Shown in pieces: positions 25,770 to 38,494 of a DNA stretch of 64,000 bases (position 1 is the first letter of the stretch; each line of letters begins with the position of its first letter). The translations under genes and the position numbers were made by a program. A model generated the notes under the pieces. That model was not told where the DNA came from and searched no databases. It was given only the letters and a program-made list of their open reading frames with translations. Origin of the DNA: Okamejei kenojei (Eukaryota); contig CM069154.1 of the NCBI GenBank assembly GCA_035221665.1, positions 5,332,001 through 5,396,000 on the forward strand, given 5' to 3'.

Positions 25770-26780
25770 ACAGGCCACCAAACAGCAGTAGGGAGGTTGG
25801 GGATAGCTTCATGCAGGAAACTAGGGATGCATGTAGCAAAGGTACAGCGGTTATCATGGGTGACTTTTTGGTAACAACACTGAGAAGGAGGATTTCCTGG
25901 AATGTATACGGGATGGGTTTTTAAACCAATATGTAGAGGAACCGACTAGAGGGCAGGCCATCCTAGACTGGGTATTGTGTAATGAGGAAGGTTTAGTTAG
26001 CGACTTTGTTGTGCAAGGCCCCTTGGGCAACAGCGACCATAATATAGTGGAATCCTGCATTAGGATGGCAGGTGACACGGTTAATTCAGAGACTAAGGTC
26101 CTGAACTTGATTAAAGGAGACTTGGCTAGGATAGACTGGCAAACTATACTTAAAGGGTTCACAGTGGAGATGCAATGGCAAAGGTTTAAAGACCGCAAGG
26201 ATGAACTCCAGAAATTGTTCATCTCTGTCTAGCGAACAAATAAAACTGGGAAGGCGGCTCAAACGTGACTGACGAGGGAAGTCAAGGATAGTGTTAAACC
26301 CAAGGAAGAGGCATTTAAATTGGCCAGAAGAAGTGGCAAACCAGAGGACTGGGAGAAATTTAGAACTCAACAGAGGAGGACAAAGGGGTTGATTAAGAGG
26401 GGGGACGGAAAGAGCAAGAATGAAAGCTTGGAGAATATAAAAACTGACTGTAAAAGCTTATTTCGTTATGTAAGAAGGAAAAGATTAGTGAAGACTTATG
26501 TAGGTCCCTTACAGTCAGAGACAGGTGGATTTATAATGGGAAACAAGGAATGACAGAACAGTTAAACGAGTACTTTGGTTCTGTTCACTAAGGAATACAC
26601 AAACAATCTCCCGGAAATACTGGGGACCGAGGATCTAGTGGGAGGGAGGAACTGAAGGGAATCCACACTAGCCAGAAAATGGTGTTAGGTAAACTGTTGG
26701 GACTGAAGACAGATAATTCCCCGGAGCCTGATGGTCTGCATCCCAGAGTACTCAAGGAGGTGGCCCTAGAAATCGTGAAG
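25770..26780 (+). mobile_element. CR1 LINE internal fragment (endonuclease C-terminus and tether)
   Basis: YVEEPTRGQAILDWVLCN, PLGNSDHN, SPEPDGLHPRVLKE. Confidence 0.85.
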
Positions 26781-27056
26781 TAAAAATTCACAGCGACCAT
26801 AATGAGGCCGCGACTAGTTCCCAGAATGCGGGAACTCCTCACGACCATGAAGGCGACTCCCCGGTAACCACCCGCGAACATGTGGCGACTGCATAGTCTC
26901 CTGCAGTCGCCTAAATAGTCTCCTAAGTGGGACAGGCACATAAGTTTCATGAAAGTGCATCAAGTGTGACATCAATGGATAAAATGCAACATTATCCTTT
27001 GTGTGTTTGACTTCAATGAAGTCCATATGAGAATTAATTATCATTATATTTTTCAG

Positions 27057-27103
27057 GCTCAAATGGCCAGATAAGTCAGGAAAATCCAGCCGAAAGTTTC
27101 ACG
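27057..27103 (+). CDS. Copy A short cytoplasmic exon (GSNGQISQENPAESFT)
   Basis: tttttcag| acceptor and ACG|gtaagg donor; phase 1 in and phase 0 out links the TM exon to the ITIM exon in frame. Confidence 0.75.
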
Positions 27104-27606
27104 GTAAGGCAATGCCACAGCATGTTGTAGCCCCAGGGAAATAAAACAACCTTACTGGGATTCATCCCTGAAGGGTCACACATCACATGACATATCGATC
27201 ACTTGACCGCTTATAACATGGCACCTAAATGATCGAGTGCCCATCCTTGGCCTTCTCCACTGCCTTGGTGAGGCCAGGCACAAACTAAAAGCACAACATC
27301 TGGGTTCGATTCTGACCACAGGTGCTGTCTGTGTGGAGTTTGCAGGTTCTTCCTGTGACCACCTGGGTTTCGTCTGGATGCTCCCACATCCCAAAGACGG
27401 GCGGGTTTGTAAGTGAATTGCCCTCCATAAATTTCCCCCAGTGTGTAGGGAGTGGATGAGAAAGTGGGATAACATAGATCTAAGGTGGACAGGTGATCGA
27501 TGGTCGCTGTGAGGCAGTAGGTCTACCAGCTGCACCACTGAGCCCATCCTTTCACTTCCTTTGTTGCCATTAATGGTCTCGACTGAGTTCACTCCTGTTG
27601 TCAGTG

Positions 27607-27915
27607 GGCGGCACAGTGGCGCAGCGGTAGAGCTACTGCCTCACAGCGCCAGAGACCCGAGTTCCATCCTGACCTCGGATGTTGTCTGTGCAGTGTTTGC
27701 GCGTTCTCCCTGTGACCGGGTGGTCCGGTTTGCTCCCACATTCCAAAGATGTGCAGGTTTGTAGATTAATTGGCTTCTGTAAATTGCCCCCAGTGTGTAG
27801 GATGCAAAAGTGGGATAACATGGAACGACTGTGAACGGGTGATCGATGGTCAGCGTGGACTTGGTGGGCCAAGGGGCCTGATTCCATTCAGCATCTTTAA
27901 ACTAAACTAAACTAA
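27607..27915 (+). mobile_element. V-SINE (HE1-like)
   Basis: ggcacagtggcgcagcggtagag head and (actaa)n tail. Confidence 0.8.
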
Positions 27916-28181
27916 GTAATTATGTTTAGGTCTGAAGAAGGGTCTCGACCCAAAATGCCACCTATTCCTTTTCTCCAGAGATGTTACTCCTGCATTTTGT
28001 GTATGCAGTGCCCAAAAAGGCAGTCAGTATCATCGGAGACCCACAGCACCCTGGCCACGCTCTTATTTCACCTCTGCCATCGGCAGTCCAAAAACTGGAA
28101 CGTCCAGGTTCAGGAACAGCTTCATCCCTACAGCCATCAGGCTATTAAACACAATAACCTCAAATATGGTCCAAACTAATT

Positions 28182-28394
28182 NNNNNNNNNNNNNNNNNNN
28201 NNNNNNNNNNNNNNNNNNNNNNNNNNNNNNNNNNNNNNNNNNNNNNNNNNNNNNNNNNNNNNNNNNNNNNNNNNNNNNNNNNNNNNNNNNNNNNNNNNNN
28301 NNNNNNNNNNNNNNNNNNNNNNNNNNNNNNNNNNNNNNNNNNNNNNNNNNNNNNNNNNNNNNNNNNNNNNNNNNNNNNNNNNNNNNNNNNNNNN
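28182..28394. other. Assembly gap (213 N)
   Basis: N run. Confidence 1.
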
Positions 28395-28424
28395 TGACAA
28401 TGAAACACTCCTGACACTATCTTT

Positions 28425-28756
28425 GAGAAAGAACTGCAGATGCTGGAAAAATCGAAGGTAGACAAAAATGCTGGAGAAGCTCAGCGGGTGAGGCAGCATC
28501 TATGGAGCGAAGGAATAGGTGAAGTTCCGTGTTGGAGATGTCAATGTTCAAGTAACCGTTGCTCTCCCTCTCTCTCCATCCCTCCCCTTTCCCAGTTCTC
28601 CCACCAGTCTTACTGTCTCCGACTACATTTTATTTCTGTAATGCCCACTCCCCTGACATCAGTCTGAAGAAGGGTCTAGACCCGAAACGTCACCTATTCC
28701 TTCGCTCCATAGATGCTGCCTGACCCGCTGAGTTTCTCCACCAATTTGTCTACCTT
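28425..28756. mobile_element. Short Penelope-type foldback element carrying a hammerhead-like motif
   Basis: 14-bp TSD ctgacactatcttt (28411-28424 and 28757-28770); inverted repeat 28461-28522 vs 28690-28750; CTGAAGA-A-GGGTC-TA-GACCC-GAAAC-GTC at 28664-28691. Confidence 0.7.
28660..28697 (+). ncRNA. Minimal type I hammerhead ribozyme-like motif
   Basis: Intact CUGAnGA and GAAA core, 5-bp stem II, GUC triplet, stem III reduced to palindromic ACGU. Confidence 0.5.
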
Positions 28757-28801
28757 CTGACACTATCTTTAAGTAATTATGTTTCTCACTTGACTCCAAA
28801 G

Positions 28802-28957
28802 GAAACCCCTGTCATTTATACCACCGTGACAACCCGTTCTCCAGCTAGCACGGAGAATAATTACATGAACCTTCAGGATCTGAACACACAAGGACAAGCC
28901 AAGAGGCAAGGTGCCGCAGAAGTTGTGTACGCAACAATTCTCACTGATAATAATTAA
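28802..28957 (+). CDS. Copy A terminal cytoplasmic exon: ETPVIYTTVTTRSPASTENNYMNLQDLNTQGQAKRQGAAEVVYATILTDNN*
   Basis: Acceptor AG at 28800-28801; two ITIM matches (VIYTTV, VVYATI) and YMNL; TAA at 28955-28957. Confidence 0.85.
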   Translation, partial: ETPVIYTTVTTRSPASTENNYMNLQDLNTQGQAKRQGAAEVVYATILTDNN

Positions 28958-29835
28958 TTCAAGCACCGGAGAACACCAAGAATGCATTGGAAACGGACAG
29001 TCTGGTAAAATTGTCTTTGCTTACCCACAAATCCAGACATTTGCGTTCAGATCTCACCAAGAACAGTGCATGGTCATCAAGATAACTGCAGATTTGGGCA
29101 ATCTGATAAAGATAGAACATAGATAAGTACAACCGGCCCTTCGGCCCACAATATCCGTGCCGAAAATGAAAAATGCAAAAACACTCAGCAGGTCAAGCAG
29201 CACCTGTGCAGATAGAAACAGAGATAACATGATAGTTTGGTGACCTTAAGGTGAGGGGGTAAAGATTTAGTAGGAACCCGAGGTTCAACCTTTTCATTCA
29301 GAGGGTGGTGGGTGTAAGGAACAAGCTGCTAGAGGAGGTAGTTGAGGCAGCTCCTTATTAGCATTAACAACATTTAAAAGACATTTGGATAGATACATGG
29401 ATAGGAAAGGTTTAGAGGGATATGGGCCAAATGCGGGAAGGTGGGACTATCATAGATGGGTTGGCAAGGACAAATTGGGCCAAATGGCCTGGTTCGTGCT
29501 GTATGTCTCTTGTTGAGTTTTGTTTTCAACGTAAATAAGAGCAGAAATAGGCCATTCAGCCAATTCCGCCATTCATGGCTGATCTGCCTCCAACCTCATC
29601 TCCTCTCCTGTGCCAGTTCCTCAATGCCCTCGACTCCCTGCCCCTTCAAACTCTTCTTTAAATATCCCTAATGATCCAGCCTCAATAACCTCCCAGTTGC
29701 AGGTTATTCCAGGGATTCATCACTCCGTTCCGCTTTCCACAAATGCCGCCAAACATGTTGAGATTTTCCACCATTTTTCTTTTGCCTCAATTAGAACAGC
29801 TGTGGAATTTGAACTGCTATTAATTTGTGATTAAA

Positions 29836-30161
29836 AATAAATATGTAAATGTACTGTTGGACACAAAACTGTCGGCTTGTTGTTAAAACTCACTGGTTGA
29901 CTTTCCACCATCCAGTTTACCAAGAAAAACAGCTCTGTTACTAAGTCATAGAGTCATACAGTGCGGAAACAGGTCCACGTGCTTTCCAGCCAATTGCTTT
30001 AATTTCCCTGTATTTTGTGAATGTTTACGCAAAGCGCAGTGGCTTGCAAATATGTGTATGAAGAACAGGAACCGCAAGTGAGAGATTGTGTAAATATGTT
30101 CAAATGTTTTGTAGTGAAACATCTACAGATGACATGGGAGATGTTGTAAGCATACAATAAA
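29836..30161 (+). terminator. Candidate polyadenylation signals for copy A (AATAAA at 29836 and 30156)
   Basis: Canonical hexamers 0.9-1.2 kb downstream of the stop codon. Confidence 0.35.
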
Positions 30162-30505
30162 GTGCACTTGTCTTCTGAATACCTGGTGAGCCCAAGATCT
30201 TACCGACTTTGTCGAAGGTGGTTTTGCGGATGGACTAGAAACACAGAACAGCACAGGGACAGGCATTCGGCCCACATTGTCCATGCCAAACATGAGGGAA
30301 AGTTAAACTGATCTCATCTGCCTGCACATAGTCCCACTATCCCTCCAACCCCCTGCATGTCCATGTGCCTATCTTATACTTGTACTGAAATGTATACAAA
30401 AATGAATTTCACTGTACCTCGTTACATGACAAATAACGTACCATACCATACTATCTAAAAGCCTCAGTGGGCCGAAGGGCCTCTATCTCTAAAGTCTAAA
30501 GCAAA

Positions 30506-30785
30506 GTGCCACAGCGGTAGATTTGCTGCCTCATGGCGCAGGAGACCCAGCTACGATCCTGACCACGGGTGCTGTCTGTGTGGAGTTTGTACGTTTTCCC
30601 TGTGATCGCGTGGGCTTTCTCTGGCCTTCTCCTGCATTCCAAAGACGTGCAGGTTAATTGGTTTCTGTAAATTGCCCGTAGTGTGTAGGATAGAACTAGT
30701 GTGTGGGCGATCGCTGGTCGATGTGGACTCAGCGGGCCGAAGGACCCGTTTTCCACACTGTATTTCTAAACTAAAACACAACTAA
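30506..30785 (+). mobile_element. V-SINE (HE1-like)
   Basis: Same consensus as the other copies. Confidence 0.7.
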
Positions 30786-31294
30786 AGCATTACATATTAG
30801 ATGGGAAATGGGATAAATCAACAGCTGAAGCAAAGTCAGCTGCATCAGAGGACCATCGGTCTACAATCGAGCTTCACTACTCATGTGGAAAGAGAAGTTG
30901 TTTCAATAGCATGTCCTCCAAGCAGCAAACTCTACCGCTGCGTCACCGTGCTGCCTCGTGAAAAAGCTCTGGTTATTAAAACTGGAAGAGACGTGGGGAG
31001 TGGGGGGGGCACAAAATGTGGTGAGTGATGGGTGGATACAGGTGAGGAGGGGTGGGGGGGTTGATTGAATGCAATTATTGTTTAATGACCATCCAAACAA
31101 CTTTAAATATTTAAACAACACACACATTTCCGCTGGCAATTCTCATTGCTCTTGTTCGTCTAGCAGAAGGAGAACAGACACATTTAGTTGTATTTAACAG
31201 TTTTTCAAGTTGTCAAAAAATTTAAAAAATGCCTCACTATCAGTGCAGCACTGTCACAAAATGCCGTCACTGTGGTTTTCCTGCAGGTATGGGA

Positions 31295-32029
31295 GCTAAG
31301 AATGTTTAAAGTTTCTAATAAGATCCCCTCTCATCCTTCTAACTTCCAGCGAATACAAGCCCAGTTGAACCATTCTTTCATCATATGTCAGTCCTGTCAT
31401 CCTGGGAATTAACCTGGTGAACATACACTGCACTCACTCAATAGCAATAATGTACTTCCTCAAATTAGGAGACCAAAACTGGACACAATACTCCAGGTGT
31501 GGTCTCACCAGGGCCCTGTACAACTGCAGTAGAACTTCCTTGCTCCAAAACTCAAATCCTCTCGCAATGATGGCCAATGATTGGCTTTCTTCACTGCCTG
31601 CTGTACCTGCATGCTTACTTTCAGTGACTGATGTACAAGCACACCCAGGTCTTGTTGCTCCTCCCCTTCTCCTAATCTGACACCATTCAGATAATAATCT
31701 GCCTTCCTGTTCTTGCCACCAAAGTGGATAACCTCACATTTATCACATTTATCCACATTATACTCCATCTGCCATAATGTTACATTTAATTCCCTCATCT
31801 AAATTGATAATATATATTGTAAATAACTGGGGTCTCAGCACCACGCCTTGTGGCACCCCACATGTCACTGCCTGCCATTCTGAAAAAGACCCGTTAATTC
31901 CTACCCTTTGCTTCCTGTCTGCCAGCCAGTTCTCTATCCATGTCAATGCCCTACGCCCAATACTGTGCTCTAATTTTGTACACTAATCTCTTGTGTGGGA
32001 CCTTGTCAAAAGCTTTTTTAAAGTCCAGA
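31295..32029 (-). mobile_element. CR1 LINE RT fragment, split by an L1 and resuming at 38495-38725
   Basis: WIENWLADRKQRV..GVPQGVVL..QLFTIYI. Confidence 0.85.
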
Positions 32030-35000
32030 GACCGGGAGAAGGCCTGGGAGAAAGCCTCGGACTCCAGTAGGGCCAGCTCCTTGGAAGACGTCTCCAGGAA
32101 AGCAGACACAGGAGGGTGAGGACTTGAAAACTTTTATTTCTCATCAGATGGCTGATTTAAAACGTGAGTTCAAGGCAGAAATGAAAGATATAAAGAAAGA
32201 AATGAAAGAAATAAAGGGAGATATAAAGGAAGAAATCTCTCAAATTAAATAATCAGATGGACTTGATGAAAAATCAATGGTGTGAATTTCAAAAAAGATA
32301 CAAAGACACAAATTGATAATAAGTTCAAGAAAGAATCAGAAATATTGAAGAATGAAATCATTGATATGATTAATAATCTGGAACGCAAGATGGAGGGTAA
32401 ACTTGAAAATGTTAAAAAAAGACTTTAAACATAAGATTGACCCTATTGCAAATGTGGGTCGAACAACAAGTTGATGGCATTAAAAACCTTGAAAAAAGAT
32501 AGCGGAGGCTAGTTACTGTGTCTACAGCAAAGCTGATAAACAGAACAAGAACGTCTACTGGAGTTGTTATCCAAAGTAACAGATAAATGCACGCAGCTGG
32601 AAGGCTATCAAAGAAGGCAGAACTTGAGGATTGCAGGGATTCCTGAAGGTCTAGAGAAACACGAAGACACTCGAGAATTCACTGCTAAATTACTGCAAGC
32701 TGTTTTATCTTTGGATGATATGCCTGTTTTAGCTCGTGCACATCGAGTCGCAGAAGACAGACCAGTACAAACGCCCCCCCCCCAAGACAAATCATCGTCA
32801 AGTTACAATATGATTTCACCCTCGAGGATATTATGCGAAGAGCCTCGAGAACAAAGAATCTGACGTTTCAAGGACAAAGAATCAGTATCTATCGAGGACT
32901 ATCCCCCAGAGGTTGCCAGAAAACGAAAAGCGTTTAACGAAGCCAAAAAACCTTATGAGGGGTGTAGAAAACTTGAGATACGGTCTGAATTACCCAGCCA
33001 TCCTAAGAGTTACTTATAACAGCGTGGAACACTTTTTCAAGACTCCAACAGAAGCAATGGAATTTGCAAAGCAGTTTGATACTTGAAAACCATCTACAAG
33101 CAAATATATTGCCTTTTACTATTTTTAAAGACCTAGTACGGTCTCTTAACATTTTATGAAACTTTTATACGACAATATGGAATTAGAAGAAATCAGAAGG
33201 AATGGACAATGTCGTATGGAACAAAATGTTTTCCCGGATTGGAAGAAGCTCACCGAACATTGACAATTACTCATAATATACAACTAACACAAACAAATAA
33301 CAACACATACTAAAATTATAACGCGGTTTTATTATTACTATGACTGTTATTAAACCAAGACTGTGCACTATTGCTAATTAATACTACTAATAATTAATAT
33401 CTTATGTCTTGTTACATTTGGAGATATCCTCCCCCTTAATGTATTTCTCCCTCTTTTAATAATGACTTCTATTTTTTGTATTTAAAAAAAAAAAAATTCT
33501 TTAACTGTGGCTTTATAATTAGATTTTTTAAACTAATCTTAGATATATATATACTTTTATGATGATTAATATCACTCTTTTCATTTCTTTAATACTATAT
33601 TCCCGTTAAAATATTATCATGGAATAATAATTCCTTAAAATTAGGAGCTGGCTAAATTAATAACATCAATGCCGGAAGCCTTTAGATTAATAGCCAATAT
33701 AGCTTGGCTTTCACAAACTACAAATAATTTTATTTGTAGTTTTTCTATTCTTTATACACCTTACTAAGCTTTTTACTCACTTTTCATTATTTTTTTTTAT
33801 GTTTACTATATCTTTCAGTTTGAATGGAGCTATATACTGGAAACAATGGAGATACATTCGTGAAGCACATAAAAGAGATCTAAAATTCATCTATTCGGTG
33901 TTCGGGTTGTAAGGTTAGGTCTACTGCGCGGACCCTTGGACCCTATTCTAGATTCCCACAAACCTAAAATGCAGGATTTAAAAAGAAATATGGGGAACGA
34001 GGGATTAACCTTTTGCAGTTGGAATGTTAAAGGTATCAATGAACCAATAAAAAGAGGAAAAAATATTGACACACATAAAGGCAATGAAAGCTGATGTAAT
34101 TTATATTCAAGAAAACTCACCTAAAGAAAGACGCTGAAAATAGGCTGAAAGCTAAGTGGTATAGATAAAAATAATATCACTCTTCCTTTACGCATAAATC
34201 AAGAGGCGTAGCAATATTATTTCGTAAAGGTACTTTATTTAAGCATATATCTACTATATCTGATAAAGATGGCAGATACATTATTGTAATAGGAGAAATA
34301 AATAGGGAAAAAATGATTTTTGTTAACATCTATGGACCAAATTTTTGATAGTCCTTTATTCTTTAAGAAAGTACTTAATAATATTCCAGAATTAAACACA
34401 TTACAATTTGATAATTGGAGGAGATTTTAATTGTACATTAGACCCTTATTTAGATAGATCTTCAAAACAAAGGAAAACTAAATCGCATTCTAGTGATTTA
34501 TTAAACGCATACATTCAAACGACTAACATTAAAGATGTTTGGAGAACAGAAAATCCTACTGGTCGAGAATATTCCTTCTACTCGCCAGTACATAAAACCT
34601 ATTCAAGAATAGATTACTTCCTAGTAGATGCAAAGCTTATTTCACTTACTTACGAATCCAAATATCATAATATTATAATTTCAGAATCACGCACCATTAA
34701 CATTTAAAATTAAAATAAATGGTAAAACAGGAAATCTAGGACAATGGAAACTTAATCCACAAATTTTAAAAAATAAAACAACTCAGGAATACATCATAAC
34801 TCAGATTAAGATGTTTTTTGAAATAAATGATCAACCAGAAATATCTCGCTCTTTATTATGGGAAACATTTAAAGCATATCTTCGTGGAATTATGATTTCT
34901 TCACAAGCATTCCATAATAAGAAGATTCGGAAGGAACAACATGACTTAGAAAGGGAGATTAAACAATTAGATATACAGAATGCAACAAAATCAGATATAA

Positions 35001-38000
35001 TAATACATAATAAAATTGTAGCATTGAAGTATAAATTAAATAAAATATATACTGATCAAGTTTTAAAATACTACCAACATACTAAACAATTGTTGTTTGA
35101 ATTTGGAGACAAACCACAAAAACTATTGGCTCGACAATTAAGGAAAATTGAAGCGGAAAAAAATTATACATAGGATTAAAATCACAAAACGGTGAATTAT
35201 TAATACAACCCCAAGGATATTAATGAAAGATTTATGCAATATTATAAAAATTTGTATACTGGTAACACAACAGTAAATAAAACAGAAATAGATGCCTTTT
35301 TAAATGTATGTAACTTAAAAAAGAATTAGATTTACAAAATAGAGAATTTTTAAATGCCGATATTTCAATAAAAGAAATCCAAAGAATCTATTAAATCTTT
35401 AAAAAAATGGTAAAACTCCAGGACCAGATGGTATAGGCTCGGAATTTTATAAAATTTTTCATGCCCAAATGGTCCCATATTTAAAAATCATTATATGAAC
35501 AGATATATACACAAGAGAAATTACCAGACACATTGAACAAATCTATTATAACATTTATACCCAAAATAAATAAAGATTTGGATGACCCAGGATCGTATAG
35601 AGCAATTGCTTTATTAAATACGGATCAAAAAATTTTAACAAAAATTCTTGCACAAAGACTAAGCAAAATTGTTAACGAATTAATTCATCCTGATCAAACA
35701 GGATTTATACCTAAAAGATATTCTTCATATAATTTAAGACGGTTATTTAATATCATATATTCGAAAAGAAGTGATAAAAAAAGGCTTAGTAGTCATCTCG
35801 TTGGATGCAGAAAAAGCTTTTGACCAGGTGGAATGGCCTTATCTATTTTCGGTGATGGAAGCCTTTAAGCTTGGTGATAAGTTTACTACTTGGATTAAAT
35901 TATTATATGCAAATCCAACAGCTAGAATAATAACAAATCATATGTTATCAACTAAGTTTAGTTTATCTCGAGGTTGTAGACAAGGCTGTCCTTTATCACC
36001 ATTACTGTTTGCGTAGCAATCGAACCTCTTGCTCAAAGGGTAAGATTACATCCAGAAATATATGGATACGATACTAAAGATACTAAGAATAAAATCTCGT
36101 TATATGCGGACGATATATTACTTTATATTACTAAACCGGAAATAAGTATCTGTAATTTGTTAAAACTAATAACGGAATTTGGTTTTAATTTCAGGATACA
36201 GTATCAATTGGAATAAAGTGAACTTATGCCAATAACCATGAATAATTTTACAGATATTACAACAATTTCCCTTTTAAGATAACAAATGAAAATATTAAAT
36301 ATCTTGGTATTTTTGTTACAAAAAGATTTGACTCTTTATTTAAATCTAATTTCCCGTTATTATTGAATAAATTAAATAAAAATATCTTATATTGGAAAAG
36401 CTTACCTATCTCAATGTTAGGTAAAATAAACGCAATAAAAATGATTTTCCTCCCACAATTATTATATTTATTTCAATCAATCCCGATATATCTCTCTAAA
36501 AATTTCTTTAAAAAAGTAGATTCAATAGTCACTAACTTTATTTGGGATTATAAAAATCATAGAATAAATAAAAAACATTTATGTAAAGCTAAAATAAACG
36601 GGGGCTTAGCTTTACCAAATTTTATGTTTTATTATTGGGCAGTTAACATTAGAAATATGAATTTTTGGTTAGGAGAAATAGATAATAAACCAAATTGCTT
36701 AAAAATGGAAAGAGAAGACTGTTTTCCATTTGAAAATTAGCTCTATAATAATTTGCTAATACTAATGTACCTAAGAAAATTTATAGTGAAAATTTGATAA
36801 TAGAAAAGTGGAATACGTATTTGGAAACAAATAAAGAAAACACTAAAACTAAAATTTATACCGCTAGCTCTTACAATTGCCAACAACTTTACGTTTAAAC
36901 CGTCAATGATGGATAAAGCTTTTATTACAATGGAAAAATAAAGGAATTTTAAAATATAGGGGATCTTTATAAGGATAATTCTTTTCTTTCATTTCAAGAA
37001 TTACAACAAACTTACGGGCTTCATAATAATGAATATTTCAGATATTTACAAATCAGAAACTATATCTCTGCAAATACACAAGAACTTAGAAATAGAAAGA
37101 GTGAAATTTTAGATGAAATGCTTGAATAAACATCCAAATACAGAAAAAATGATATCATAACATTTACAATATTTTGTTGGAAAGTGATATCCCATCATCG
37201 GAAATACATAGACAGCGCTGGGAAAATGAACTAAGTCAAATAATAAGTCCAGAAATATGGGAAGAAAGCCTACAACATATACATTACTGCTCTTTAAATG
37301 CTAAACATGCACTTATACAGTTTAAAATCTTACATAGATTACATTATTCTAAATCTAAACTACATAATATATTTTCCAAAACTATCACCTATATGTGATA
37401 AATGTCAAATCATGGAAGCAACTCTGTCACACTCATTTACTAATTGTACGAAAATTTTAGAATATTGGAATGAAATATTCAAAATAATCTCGAAAGTTAT
37501 TAATATTACTATGATTTATGACCCAAAGTTAATCATACTTGGAATACCGGAAACGGAACAAATAATTACAAGGAATCATAGAACTTTTATCGACTATTCT
37601 TTAATAATTGGGAAAAAATTAATATTAAAATTTTGGAAAGGCCCTGTATCCCCAACAATTAAAATGTGGAATACAGAAATGACGGAGACACTTCACTTGG
37701 AGAGATTGAGACTTGTCCTTATGGACAGGTTAGATCTCTTCAAGGAGATATGGTCTCCCTATATTAAATATCTACAGGGTCACAATGGTTCGGCGCAGGG
37801 ACTTGACTGAGGCCTGAATATCTGAATGGATGAAGAAATACACATAACAAATCATGAATGTATCTCCAAGATTGGATTATTTAGTAATACTTCAATCTCC
37901 ATCAAACTTTTCACATTTTCTTTTCTATTTTCTATTCTTTTTCTCTATCTTTCTATCTTTAATTAAGGAAAAAATTATAGAAACATATTATATACATTTT

Positions 38001-38494
38001 TAATATACGTACACACTTATTTCTGTTCGTATGAAAAGATTATAGATGTCTTAAAACTTGTAATTATATAAAACTATGTATTTTCAATTATACAATAATT
38101 ATGAAATATAAAATTAACAATAATACAAACATTATTAATATTTTGATAACATTATGAATATCAAAAAAACTTTGTTTAAGATTGGGTACTACGTAGTTAT
38201 ATTAGCGGGGATTTCTATTTGGTAATTAGAAGAATATCTATGATTTGAGAAATCTAAGTGTATTACTTATTTTAGGAATATACTACATTATACTCCCAAT
38301 TATATAAAATAAATAACAATGAAATGTATAATGGATAATACTACAATTATCATAAATAGTATTAATCAATAATCAATATGTTATAATTTTATACATTATA
38401 TAACTCTCAATGTCGTATAAGAGTGTACTTGGTATATATTGTTTCTACAATAAAAAATTTTTTAAAAAAATAAAAATAAAAAAAAATAAATAAA
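32030..38494 (+). mobile_element. Near full-length L1 (5' end truncated within ORF1; ORF1 to ~33085; ORF2 33969-37810, frameshifted)
   Basis: Same family as the 15431-22219 element; LYADD; C-terminal CxxC..H...C; poly(A); TSD aaagtccaga at 32020-32029 and 38495-38504. Confidence 0.95.

Larger units (their letters stand above)
6228..28957 (+). pseudogene. CD300/pIgR(CMRF35)-like ITIM-bearing receptor, copy A; 7 coding exons (6228-6323, 11449-11773, 12687-13015, 23277-23436, 24057-24172, 27057-27103, 28802-28957); frameshifted as assembled
   Basis: All introns are GT-AG with compatible phases (1,1,1,2,1,0). The architecture is leader/IgV/IgV/mucin stalk/TM/ITIM tail. Relative to copy B there are 1-bp indels in the leader (-1), D1 (+1), D2 (+1,+1) and stalk (+1,+1,+1), plus D1 Cys TGT->TTT. 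The indels could be real lesions or consensus errors. Confidence 0.7.

Noticed and set aside
26785-26940. GC-rich segment ending aagtgggacaggc, a possible MITE end
   Set aside because: Only one terminus is visible and there is no TSD, so it cannot be classified.
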